From contig JBBQGY010000001.1 in the NCBI GenBank assembly GCA_038323435.1, forward strand, positions 1 to 44,095: a DNA stretch of 44,095 nt, given 5' to 3'. A program made the translations under genes and the position numbers. This DNA is from Acidimicrobiales bacterium. GTDB taxonomy: Bacteria; Actinomycetota; Acidimicrobiia; Acidimicrobiales; RAAP-2. Each line of letters opens with the position of its first letter. Positions within the stretch are counted from its first letter, which is position 1. A model generated the notes under the pieces. That model was not told the DNA's origin and did not search any database. It saw only the letters and a program-made list of their open reading frames with translations. Shown here one piece after another: positions 29,312 to 38,190 of this stretch.

Positions 29312-29740
29312 TTACGACTCCGCATTTACGAAGTTGAACATCCAGCGCACGCCGAATCTGTCGAGGCACGCGCCCCAGAACATTTCGTGCATACCCGAGG
29401 CATCGCTACCTCCAGCGGACAACTCAATGTAAAGACGGTCCGTCTCCTGACGACTATCTGGTTCGAGATTGATGACTGTGTTATTGCCGATTCTCAATTG
29501 TTGGCCCATTGACTCGATGATGTCGGTCGCCATGATTACGTGACCAGCGAGAATCGGAAGTTCAATGTGCATGACGAAGTTCTTCTGAGCTTCCGGCACG
29601 GCGGGCATAGACGGATCATCAGGCACGTCGCCCATGCGATTGATTGGACCAACAAAATCAGTGCCAAAGACCGACCGGTAGAAATTGAACGCCTCTTCGG
29701 CGTTGCCGTTGAAATTTAAATACGTGCTGACACGAGCCAT
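29312..29740 (-). CDS. PhnB-like VOC family protein
   Basis: MARVSTYLNFNGNAEEAF.FYRSVFG, VMHIELPI..GH..M.TD, DRFG..WM; start ATG 29740 (longer ORF overlaps the ABM gene). Confidence 0.88.
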   Translation of the reverse strand: MARVSTYLNFNGNAEEAFNFYRSVFGTDFVGPINRMGDVPDDPSMPAVPEAQKNFVMHIELPILAGHVIMATDIIESMGQQLRIGNNTVINLEPDSRQETDRLYIELSAGGSDASGMHEMFWGACLDRFGVRWMFNFVNAES

Positions 29741-29870
29741 CCGGTGCCCCCTTGTTGCAATTGTGGTATTCCAACTTCGATTTCTCTTGTCAAGAGTGAA
29801 TTTCAGGTTGACACGTGGCGATGCGGTCAGATTCGAAATTTCGCAGACCAACGTTGAAGAATCAGTCAGA

Positions 29871-30206
29871 TCACAACGTCGACGACGGTGAAGTACCCCA
29901 GTCGTAGTGACGTACAACGTGAGCAATGTCAATCGAATAGTTACTGTAAAAAGTATCTCGCCCACGTTGCTGAGCTTCTTGGTGACGGGCCGCCGATTTC
30001 CACTCAATGATTGAATCGTCATCATCGAAGTACGAAATGGTGACCCCTTCGCGCGACTGCTCGTCACGAAAACTGTAGTGGCGCACGTAGCCCGGTGTCG
30101 ACGTGACTAACTCATCCATCTCTTCAGACCACGCTCGATATTCTTCGTCGGAGTAGTTCGTCCTCGTTGATCGAAAAATACACAGGACTGGAAGACGGAC
30201 CGCCAT
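29871..30206 (-). CDS. Antibiotic biosynthesis monooxygenase (ABM) family protein
   Basis: IFRS.R....Y......M..L....PGY....S...EG.TISYF....SI..WK....H..AQ..GR..FY..Y. Confidence 0.85.
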   Translation of the reverse strand: MAVRLPVLCIFRSTRTNYSDEEYRAWSEEMDELVTSTPGYVRHYSFRDEQSREGVTISYFDDDDSIIEWKSAARHQEAQQRGRDTFYSNYSIDIAHVVRHYDWGTSPSSTL

Positions 30207-30261
30207 GCAGGAATCGTATCGGCGAGAGTATCGTGCAACAAATTCGTCAATCTAATGACGG

Positions 30262-30290
30262 GTTGACCTCAACGCAGGGTTGAGGTCAAC
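30262..30290. promoter_or_regulatory. Perfect 12-bp inverted repeat, MerR/SoxR operator-like
   Basis: GTTGACCTCAAC-GCAGG-GTTGAGGTCAAC; contains TTGACC on both strands and a CCTCAA...TTGAGG dyad. Confidence 0.5.
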
Positions 30291-30628
30291 TACGTAACTG
30301 GACAGGTCGAGTGCCGGTATTCATAGTGATGGCATTAGTCACGGGACGCAATGTGCCATTTCACCATGCTTTTGCTAGTCGATTTCAGACTGTGCGGCGC
30401 GATTGACGATAGCGAACTCGGCGCACCGCCCGTGACCGGGAACATGAGAATGCACCTTTGGGAAGGCGTCCTGGCCACTGTGTTCACGGGCGAACAATGA
30501 CTTTGTTAGGCGTGTCGCAAGAACAATTGTCAAGCAACGTTCTTCAAAGCGTCCGGTACACTCCGATTAAGGGTCTTATCACCGGCTGATCGAACCGATG
30601 GGCGGCCCTAATTGGAGGGATTCGACTA

Positions 30629-31576
30629 GTGGGAATTATTTTGGCAGTAGTGGCGGGGATCGTTGTACTTATTGCGATTTTAGCGATTGTGATGTCCGTC
30701 CGGATTGTTCAGCAGGGCTACGTGGGCGTCGTCACTAAATTCGGTGAGTTCAAGGACATCAAGAACCCGGGACTCGCGTTCATCATTCCATTCATCGAGG
30801 TCATGAAAATCGTCGACGTGCGCGAGACGCCGAGAACGGGCGACCGTCAACAGGTCATTACGCGCGACAACGTCGCGGTAATTGTCAACGCAACCATCTT
30901 CAGTCAAGTGGTGGACGTTCGCCTCGCGCTTTTCACCAACTCGGACTATCTCGTTAGTGTTGATAACCTCGCACGGACCTCAGTGCGTGCCGTTTTTGGC
31001 AGCATTACGCTCGACGAAGCGTTTTCACAACGCGAACGCATTGGCACGTTGCTGCAGACACAAATGGAGGAGGCGACCGACAAATGGGGCGTGCGAATAA
31101 ATCGCGTGGAGGTTCTTGAAATCACCCCACCCGAGCAAATTCTTCAGGCAATGGCACTGCAGAAGCAAGCCGATCAGGAAAAGCGGGCGCGCATTCTCGA
31201 GTCCGAGGGCCAGCAGCAGTCGGCGGTCAATGTTGCCGACGGGCAGCGACAGGCGGCGATAAAAGAAGCCGAAGGTGCACAGCAATCGGACATTCTTCGA
31301 GCGCAGGGCAAGCGACAGGCCCTTATTCTCGAGGCGGAGGGTCGGGCCCAAGCAATTGCGTCGGTCTACGCGGCGATCAAACTCCAGGCGCCGGACCCGA
31401 CGCTGGTGGCCATTTTGCAGCTCGACACGCTCGCCAAGTTCGCCGACAGCCCCAATGCCAAACTCATCATTCCCGCCGAGAGCGCGGCACTACTCGGCGC
31501 AGCCCAAGCGATTAAGAGCGTGATGGCCGACGTCCCGGGAATGCCGACGTTAATTCACGCCGCCGGTTGTGATTAA
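30629..31576 (+). CDS. SPFH/band 7 (QmcA/stomatin-like) membrane protein
   Basis: N-terminal TM, PGL.FIIPF, QQVITRDNV.V, WGV...RVE...I.PP, AEG-repeat coiled coil; GGAGG RBS. Confidence 0.92.
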   Translation: MGIILAVVAGIVVLIAILAIVMSVRIVQQGYVGVVTKFGEFKDIKNPGLAFIIPFIEVMKIVDVRETPRTGDRQQVITRDNVAVIVNATIFSQVVDVRLALFTNSDYLVSVDNLARTSVRAVFGSITLDEAFSQRERIGTLLQTQMEEATDKWGVRINRVEVLEITPPEQILQAMALQKQADQEKRARILESEGQQQSAVNVADGQRQAAIKEAEGAQQSDILRAQGKRQALILEAEGRAQAIASVYAAIKLQAPDPTLVAILQLDTLAKFADSPNAKLIIPAESAALLGAAQAIKSVMADVPGMPTLIHAAGCD

Positions 31577-32016
31577 GCCGGGTCGACCCAGAGCGTGGTG
31601 CCGTACGCCTTTCGCACAACCACGGCGGTGCCGTCGGGGAGAGCGGCTGGCCAATCCGTAACGGCTTTCCATGATTCCCCCCGGATCTTCACGCGACCGG
31701 GGTGATTCGAGTCGCCTACCGCAATTTCTACGAATCCGCGCATGTTCGTCATCGCAGTGTGTGTTGGTAGCGACATGTCCATTTCGGGAAAGTGGTGGTG
31801 AAATCGGCGAATTGCGTACGGTCGAAGAAAGAGGAGTGAAACGGCCGACACGCCCAGCCATGCGGCGGCCTGCCCCACGAACGCGAGGCCCGTAAGTCCA
31901 ATGACGAAAGCAACCGCAGCACCGAGTCCAATGAAGACAGCGATGAACGCATTGGTGTGTAATTCAGCGGCGACACAAGCGACCACAATTATCAGCCAAA
32001 ATAAAATTGCCACCAT
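31573..32016 (-). CDS. NfeD-like (short, YbbJ type) membrane protein
   Basis: N-terminal TMs with AEL, C-terminal OB fold GRVKIRGE.W.A...G..V.V....G..L.V. Confidence 0.85.
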   Translation of the reverse strand: MVAILFWLIIVVACVAAELHTNAFIAVFIGLGAAVAFVIGLTGLAFVGQAAAWLGVSAVSLLFLRPYAIRRFHHHFPEMDMSLPTHTAMTNMRGFVEIAVGDSNHPGRVKIRGESWKAVTDWPAALPDGTAVVVRKAYGTTLWVDPA

Positions 32017-32139
32017 AATTCGCAGTATATGGGTGTGCACGCTGACGAATCGGTGCGGGGGGTGCTACACGGCGAGAGCGGTTCAATTGGCCACGATGGC
32101 GCTAAGCGGTGGCGAACGGCGTTGTTACTACGATGGGTT

Positions 32140-32613
32140 ACGGCTGAAATTACCCCGTTTCTATGGTTCGAAAGTCAAGCGGAGGCCGCACTCGACTTCT
32201 ATTCTTCGGTCTTCGCCAACTCCAAGATTGTCAATGTCGCAAAAGTCGAAGATCCATTGATGCCCAATGGCGGTTTCATCCTGGGCACGATCACTATTGA
32301 GAATTTGACGATTACCGCTTTTAACGGAGGTCCGGCGTTCGTCTTTACCGAGGCGATCTCACTATTCGTTAGTTGTGAGAACCAACAAGAGGTGGACTAC
32401 TACTGGTCCGCTCTTCTCGACGGCGGCTCGCCACAACGCTGTGGTTGGTTGAAGGACCGCTTCGGAATTTCGTGGCAGATCGTGCCGACGCTGTTGGGCG
32501 ATCTGATGAGCGATCCGGACCAAGTCAGAGCCAGTCGAGTTCGTGAAGCGATGCTCGGGATGGTGAAACTTGAGAGTGGTGATCTACTGAAAGCTTTCAA
32601 CGGTGTGTCCTGA
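32140..32613 (+). CDS. PhnB / 3-demethylubiquinone-methyltransferase-like VOC protein; start codon uncertain
   Basis: ITPFLWF..QAE.A..FY.SVF, NGGP.F.FTEAIS, QEVDYYW..L, CGWLKDRFG.SWQIVP; expected start position is ACG; in-frame TTG 32122 and ATG 32029 are alternatives. Confidence 0.8.
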   Translation, partial: TAEITPFLWFESQAEAALDFYSSVFANSKIVNVAKVEDPLMPNGGFILGTITIENLTITAFNGGPAFVFTEAISLFVSCENQQEVDYYWSALLDGGSPQRCGWLKDRFGISWQIVPTLLGDLMSDPDQVRASRVREAMLGMVKLESGDLLKAFNGVS

Positions 32614-32632
32614 CAACCTCGACGACGTGAAG

Positions 32633-32648
32633 TAGGCCACGCGGCCTA
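32633..32648 (+). terminator. Short hairpin after the VOC gene
   Basis: TAGGCC-ACGC-GGCCTA; no U-tract. Confidence 0.35.
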
Positions 32649-32681
32649 GCAATTACACCGCGGGACTGAGATGATTGAGCA

Positions 32682-33608
32682 ATGTCCGAAGTTGTTGACA
32701 CGCCTAATTCACCAGGAGCGTCGGCACGCCACCCGGTGCAGATCACCGATAGCCGCACCGCGAAGGTTGGCCCGTTGACCGTGCGGCGCGCACTACCGAC
32801 CCGCGGTCGGCGCATGGTCGGCGCCTGGTGCTTCGCTGACCATATGGGGCCCGAAACGCTCAGTGCCGAAAAGACGGTCGACATTACGCCCCACCCTCAC
32901 CAGGGCCTACAGACTGTCACGTGGCTCTTCAGCGGAGAGTTGCTCCACCGCGACAGTCTCGGCTCCGAACAGTTGATTCGCCCCGGACAACTCAATCTCA
33001 TGACCGCGGGATTCGGCGTCGCCCATTCCGAGGAAAATCCAAGTATCACCTACGGACAGCTGCACGGCATTCAACTTTGGGTGGCGCAGCCATCGGCCAC
33101 TCGAAACGGCGAAGCCACCTTCGAACATCACGATGACCTGCCACGGCTCGAGTTAAAGGACGCGACCGCGACAGTCATCGTTGGTGAATTCGACACCACT
33201 GTTGCTCCGGTTCGGCGCGACACGAATCACGTCGGGGTTGAATTGAATTTCCATGGAGGTACAACGACTGTGGCACTCGATCCAACATACGAATACGCAA
33301 TCATTGTGGCGACCGGTGAACTGCTCGTCGATAACTATAAAATCGTTCCGGGACAACTCGGCTATCTGGACGCGGGGCGCGACGAGAGCGAGTTCACGAC
33401 GAGGGGACCGTGCAAGGCCATTCTCGTCGGCGGCGCGCCATTCGAAGAGAGGATCTTGATGTGGTGGAACTTCGTGGCGCGCACCCAAGGTGAGATCGCT
33501 GAAGCGTGGCTCAAATGGGCGGCCGGCGACGAACGATTCGGCACGGTCGAGTCTCGCTTTGCGCGCATCGAGGTCGGACCGCCTCCCTGGGTACTGCACA
33601 ACAATTGA
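32682..33608 (+). CDS. Pirin family protein
   Basis: VRRALP, GAWCF.DH, PHPH.GLQTVTWL..G...HRDSLG, NLMTAG.G.AHSE, QLWVA.P, MWWNFV. Confidence 0.93.
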   Translation: MSEVVDTPNSPGASARHPVQITDSRTAKVGPLTVRRALPTRGRRMVGAWCFADHMGPETLSAEKTVDITPHPHQGLQTVTWLFSGELLHRDSLGSEQLIRPGQLNLMTAGFGVAHSEENPSITYGQLHGIQLWVAQPSATRNGEATFEHHDDLPRLELKDATATVIVGEFDTTVAPVRRDTNHVGVELNFHGGTTTVALDPTYEYAIIVATGELLVDNYKIVPGQLGYLDAGRDESEFTTRGPCKAILVGGAPFEERILMWWNFVARTQGEIAEAWLKWAAGDERFGTVESRFARIEVGPPPWVLHNN

Positions 33609-33708
33609 CCGGTCGGGCGGCACGAAACGCTTGAACGAATTGGTCAACGTCGTTCCATTAGTTCGAAGTGACCACGACTACGATGGCTTTTGAACCGGCG
33701 AGAGGCTG

Positions 33709-35115
33709 ATGGAACGAAAGCGCGATGGTGAGAGCGAACGCTTACGAGTTCCCCCACCGCTCATAAAAAAGCGGATCGCTTCGGGACGCGGGGCGATGGA
33801 GCAACCGAACGTTACGGCCGACGGTGCAACCAGGCTCACGCCACAGTTCTGGATTGCCGTCGTGCTGACCGGTATCGCGACGGGACTTTTTGGCGATTTA
33901 CTGATGTGGATATTGAAAGTTGCTGAACATCAAGCGTTTCACTATTCGTCGGGCAGCTACCAACAATCAGTTGCCGCCTCGTCGAAAATTCGACGCGTGA
34001 TTTCACTGCTCGTGGCCGGTGTCTTCGGTTCCGTGTCGTGGTACCTCATTCGACGATTCATGAAGAACGAAAAGTCTGAAATCGATGACGCGTTATGGAA
34101 CGGTGACGGCGAACTTTCGCCGCGACGCAGCCTTCTTACATCGATCGTGTCCGAGGTCGTTATTGGTCTAGGCGCTTCGATGGGTCGTGAAGCGGCACCA
34201 AAGCTCATGGGCGGTGCGTCGGGCAGCGTTGTGTCGCATTGGTTCAAACTCACGCCGGCCCAAAAACGCTTACTCGTCGCGTGCGGCGCGGGCGCCGGTC
34301 TCGCGGCGGTCTACAACGTGCCACTCGGCGGCGCACTCTTCACCGCCGAAGTCCTGTACGGGAGTTTTGCGCTTCCAGTGGTCATGCCCGCATTAGCGAC
34401 GTCGTTAATTGCGACGATGGTGGCGTGGCTCTACCTGCCGAGCGGCGCGACGTACGCGGACATTCCCAGCTATCGCTTCACCGGTTCGCTCATGGTCTGG
34501 TCAATTGTGGCGGGTGCAGTGATTGGACTGCTCGCCGTCTTCTACGTTCGCCTCATTGGCTGGGTGTCGAACTTTCGCGCACGTGGCCTGTCCATTTTAT
34601 GGATGATGCCACTCGCATTTTTGATTGTTGGGGTGCTCGGCACTTGGTATCCCCAACTATTTGGCAACGGCAAGGACATGGCGCACGAAGCGTTTCTCGG
34701 TGCCGGGAGTATTGGACTTCTGTTCGCGCTGTTCGCGCTAAAGCCCTTCGTCACCGCGCTCAGCATTGGCAGCGGCGCCGCCGGAGGCGTCTTCACACCG
34801 TTTCTCGCGACCGGCGCGATGCTGGGAGCGTTCCTCGGTGCGCTATGGATTCGGATGTGGCCCGGCACGCCAATCGGCGCATTCGCCATTGTCGGAGCCG
34901 CCGCAATGATCGGCGCGTCAATGCAGGCCCCGCTCGCCGGCCTCGTGCTCGTCATGGAACTGACGCACAACGGATTTTCCCTGATGGTTCCCATGATGAC
35001 CGCGACCGCAATCGCGACCTATCTCGTTCGCCAGATCGATGGCTATTCGATCTATTCAGCGCGATTACCTCGTCACGAATCAGTACGTGAAGTGGGCGGG
35101 CCATTGACGCTGTGA
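33709..35115 (+). CDS. ClC family chloride channel/transporter (start may be 33796)
   Basis: GASMGREAAP, ACGAGAGLAAVYNVPLGGALF..E, GNG, GGVFTP, AP......MELT, SIY. Confidence 0.9.
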   Translation: MERKRDGESERLRVPPPLIKKRIASGRGAMEQPNVTADGATRLTPQFWIAVVLTGIATGLFGDLLMWILKVAEHQAFHYSSGSYQQSVAASSKIRRVISLLVAGVFGSVSWYLIRRFMKNEKSEIDDALWNGDGELSPRRSLLTSIVSEVVIGLGASMGREAAPKLMGGASGSVVSHWFKLTPAQKRLLVACGAGAGLAAVYNVPLGGALFTAEVLYGSFALPVVMPALATSLIATMVAWLYLPSGATYADIPSYRFTGSLMVWSIVAGAVIGLLAVFYVRLIGWVSNFRARGLSILWMMPLAFLIVGVLGTWYPQLFGNGKDMAHEAFLGAGSIGLLFALFALKPFVTALSIGSGAAGGVFTPFLATGAMLGAFLGALWIRMWPGTPIGAFAIVGAAAMIGASMQAPLAGLVLVMELTHNGFSLMVPMMTATAIATYLVRQIDGYSIYSARLPRHESVREVGGPLTL

Positions 35116-35159
35116 GTTGATCACTGCCCGCCCGTGCCCACACATGAAATGATGGCCAC

Positions 35160-35774
35160 GTGTACGTTCCTTCAAAGTTCTCACTCGACGAAGAGGACGC
35201 GTGGGAAATAGTGCGTGACGCCGGTGCGGGGATGCTCGTCGTGGCGTCGCCGAGTGGACTCGAGAGTGTGTATGTCCCGGTCATCGTGGCCGACGACCGC
35301 AGAACTATTCGGTGCCACGTCGCGCGGGCGAACCCCTGGTGGCGACTGATCAACGATGGGATGGATGTGCTTGGGCTGTTTCTCTCCGCAAGCGCCTACG
35401 TCTCGCCCACGAACTACCCGAGCACAGATATGGATCCGGGCGTCGTCCCGACCTGGAACTACGTGGCCGCTGAAGTGCGCGGACGCATCACCGTGCACGA
35501 CGATCCGGCCTGGTTGAACCATCAAGTGCGGGAGCTCACTGAACACTTTGAAATGGATCGCTCGCCCGCGTGGCGCGTCGACGACGCGCCACCTGCGTAC
35601 ATCGATCGTCAACTGAAGGCGATTGTTGGCCTCGAAATCGACGTCGTCGCCGTTCAGGGTAAGGCCAAACTTTCACAGAACCGCCCCGCCATTGATCACG
35701 ACACGGTTCGCGACAACTTCGCTCGCGGCAACCTCGCCGAACGTATCGTTGCTACGCGCATGAATAATGAGTGA
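35160..35774 (+). CDS. PaiB-like FMN-binding split-barrel protein
   Basis: MYVP..F, HVARANP.W, AYVSP..Y, VPTWNY, AIVG.EI, K.KLSQNR. Confidence 0.9.
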   Translation: MYVPSKFSLDEEDAWEIVRDAGAGMLVVASPSGLESVYVPVIVADDRRTIRCHVARANPWWRLINDGMDVLGLFLSASAYVSPTNYPSTDMDPGVVPTWNYVAAEVRGRITVHDDPAWLNHQVRELTEHFEMDRSPAWRVDDAPPAYIDRQLKAIVGLEIDVVAVQGKAKLSQNRPAIDHDTVRDNFARGNLAERIVATRMNNE

Positions 35775-36261
35775 CGCGACGAAAACCATTGTTCGCACGA
35801 CCATTGACGAGTGGCACGAACTTCGGGCAATTCGACTCGAAGCCCTCGCCGACACGCCCGAAGCGTTCGGCACGACGTACGAAGATGCGAGCCGCTGGTC
35901 GGATGACCACTGGCGTCAAATGGCATCGCTTCGAGTCTTTTTCCTCGCGCAAATCGATGGACGGACGGTCGGCCTCGCCTCTGGAGGATTGAACGACGAA
36001 GTTCCGGGTACGAAGTGGCTCTACGCAATGTACGTGACGCCGACGTCGCGAGGGTCCGGAGTCGCCGTCGCTTTGGTCGACGCGGTCGGGCAATGGGCGC
36101 GTAGCGAAGGAGCCGCGTGCCTGTACTTAATGGTCCGCGCCGCGGTCCCTCGAGCGCAAGCATTCTATGGAAGAGTCGGCTTTCAGGCGACCGGTGACGT
36201 TTCCTTCGATGACGTGGACCCCATAATGACAATGATCACAATGGCGAAAAATCTTGACTGA
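35767..36261 (+). CDS. GNAT acetyltransferase
   Basis: LR.IRLEAL.D.P.AFG.TY, MYV.P..RG.GVA..LV, A..FY.R.GF; overlaps the paiB-like stop. Confidence 0.88.
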   Translation: MSDATKTIVRTTIDEWHELRAIRLEALADTPEAFGTTYEDASRWSDDHWRQMASLRVFFLAQIDGRTVGLASGGLNDEVPGTKWLYAMYVTPTSRGSGVAVALVDAVGQWARSEGAACLYLMVRAAVPRAQAFYGRVGFQATGDVSFDDVDPIMTMITMAKNLD

Positions 36262-36733
36262 CGACGACCTACGAATTGAACTTGTCGCGGCGAAGGCGCT
36301 ACATGAACTGCGTCGGAGAGTCCTTCGAAGCAACAATCCAGCATCACTGGTCGCTGACAATCGTGATGGTGACGTCACATCACTGCACTTCGGTGGCTAT
36401 CACGACGAAGTACTGGTCGTCAGCGCGTCGTTCTACTCCTCGACAGCGCCCTTCTATTCAGAAATTGTTACGTACCAACTGCGGTATATGGCAACCGACT
36501 CTTCCGTGCAGGGTCGGGGATTTGGAGCGAGAGTGCTCGCGTTCGCCGAGGGAGAACTCCGTCAGCGAGGCATCGAACAGATGTGGGCAAATGCTCGCGA
36601 CACCGCCCTCGGCTTCTATCAAGCGATTGGTTGGTCCGCAGTCGCCGGATCGGAGCACTTGAGTGCCGAAACGCAACTTCCGCACACGGTGATATTCAAG
36701 CGAATCCTTAATAACGGTGAATCAACGCCGTAG
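36254..36733 (+). CDS. GNAT acetyltransferase (YitI/ElaA-like)
   Basis: LRRRVLR, QLRYMAT....QG.G.G, WANAR..A.GFY; TTG start overlapping the upstream stop. Confidence 0.85.
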   Translation: MTDDDLRIELVAAKALHELRRRVLRSNNPASLVADNRDGDVTSLHFGGYHDEVLVVSASFYSSTAPFYSEIVTYQLRYMATDSSVQGRGFGARVLAFAEGELRQRGIEQMWANARDTALGFYQAIGWSAVAGSEHLSAETQLPHTVIFKRILNNGESTP

Positions 36734-36761
36734 CCAACGTCACGTTCAGTAAGTTTGGGGG

Positions 36762-37769
36762 ATGCGCAAACCCCTCAGTATTGCCGTCGTAGTTGTAGTT
36801 CTCATCGCCGCCGGTTCCGCAGTTCTTGTATTTCGCGGTAAATCAACGCCCGCCGCCTCCACGACTACGACGGCGCCCGCACCCAAATACCCGACGGCAC
36901 CACTGACCGGGTTGACCGATCAATCGAGCCTTTCCGTGAAGCGTCCGGCTCTCACGGTGAAAATCGAGAATACGCCTGACGCACTCCCGCAATGGGGAAT
37001 CGATCAGGCCGATGTTGTCTACGAAGAGATCGTCAACGGTGGCATCACCCGACTCGCCGCAATATTCAACTCCCGTACGCCGGCGAAAGTCGGTCCGGTT
37101 CGATCGGTTCGTCCTACCGACACTCAAATTGTTTGGCCCCTCGGAGGCATGTTTGCCTATTCGGGTGGCGCGGCGTACGCCGTCGCGAGCATTTCGACCG
37201 CGCCCGTGAAGCTGATTGACGAGTCAAATGCCGGTAGCGCAATGTTCCGTGATCCTTCGCGGTTCGCGCCGCACAATCTGTACGCCGTCACGTCGGGTCT
37301 GTTCGCGTTACGCGGGACCCCCGTCCCACCACCGGCCCTCTTTTCGTATCGCACTGGCTCGAAGGTACCATCGGGTACGCCCGTCGTGAGTTTCGTAGTT
37401 CCGTTCCCGAGCATCTATCCAGTCACGTGGACGTGGAATGCGACGACTACATCGTGGGACCGGACGTTGTTCGCTCAGCCCGACGTCACGGGCACCGGAG
37501 TTCGTGAGTCTCCGAAGAATGTCGTTGTGATGTACGTGAATTACGTGAACGGAATTGGCACGCTGGCTTCCTACGGCGACCTGCAGGGAAGTGGCTCTAC
37601 GGCCATATTTACCAACGACAAGGAAATTCTTGGCACGTGGTCACGTGGTGCGTCCAAGTCCGACGTCATCACGTATCAGACACCGGCGGGCAAGACGATC
37701 TCGTTGACGCCCGGTCAAACGTGGGTTGAACTGCTGAACGTCGGAGCGACGATCTCCGTCAAGCACTGA
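36762..37769 (+). CDS. DUF3048 family secreted/membrane-anchored protein
   Basis: APLTGL, RPAL.VKIEN...A.PQ.G..QADVVYE..V.GGITRL.A.F, GPVRS.R.TD, APHNLY, L.PGQTWVEL. Confidence 0.88.
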   Translation: MRKPLSIAVVVVVLIAAGSAVLVFRGKSTPAASTTTTAPAPKYPTAPLTGLTDQSSLSVKRPALTVKIENTPDALPQWGIDQADVVYEEIVNGGITRLAAIFNSRTPAKVGPVRSVRPTDTQIVWPLGGMFAYSGGAAYAVASISTAPVKLIDESNAGSAMFRDPSRFAPHNLYAVTSGLFALRGTPVPPPALFSYRTGSKVPSGTPVVSFVVPFPSIYPVTWTWNATTTSWDRTLFAQPDVTGTGVRESPKNVVVMYVNYVNGIGTLASYGDLQGSGSTAIFTNDKEILGTWSRGASKSDVITYQTPAGKTISLTPGQTWVELLNVGATISVKH

Positions 37770-38190
37770 CGATTGCATCGATTCGCGCGAGGGTCGCTTC
37801 CATCGCGGCACGATTCCGTTCCAGAAACCCGGTTCTTATAATCGCAAAAGCCCAGGGCTTGTCGTAGTTGAACGACTCAGTAACACTCGTACCACCATTC
37901 TCTTCCTTGAGGTCGTAGCGCCACACGAACTGCGCGAGGTGATGCCACGCGATGGCTCGATTTTCTTCGAAGGCAACAACTTTGTTGGTGGTGGAGTATC
38001 GAGCACCCATCTTCATGGCCATCGAAAATTTTGCGCCGAGAAAAAGTCGCTCGGGTCCCTTCTTCACACCAACGACGCTCCCGGAGCCGTCGAGTCGCAC
38101 GTGTTCGCGGGGCGACGCGAGTAGGTCGAAGATCTTCGCGGGCGGTGCGGCAATAAATCGAGTTACCGTAATCATTCGGGTGTTGTCCAT
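37759..38190 (-). CDS. SRPBCC/START family protein
   Basis: I.APPA.IFDLLA.P..H...DGSGSV..L.LG..F.M.M..N.VV.FEE.R.IAW.H..WRY.L..T.VTE.F. Confidence 0.85.
   Translation of the reverse strand: MDNTRMITVTRFIAAPPAKIFDLLASPREHVRLDGSGSVVGVKKGPERLFLGAKFSMAMKMGARYSTTNKVVAFEENRAIAWHHLAQFVWRYDLKEENGGTSVTESFNYDKPWAFAIIRTGFLERNRAAMEATLARIDAIVSA

Noticed and set aside
30455-30482. Cobalamin riboswitch (GGGAAG and GCCACTG present)
   Set aside because: The two motifs are in the wrong order and the other conserved elements are absent.
33675-33720. Fluoride riboswitch / CLC-F exporter
   Set aside because: GATGG..AACCG..GCTGATG is superficially similar but P1 and pseudoknot pairings are missing; the protein has GREAAP and GGVFTP, not the CLC-F GNNLI/GREGT/GEVTP motifs.
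34239-35090. 283-aa Arg-rich alternative-frame ORF inside the ClC gene
   Set aside because: Typical high-GC off-frame artefact.
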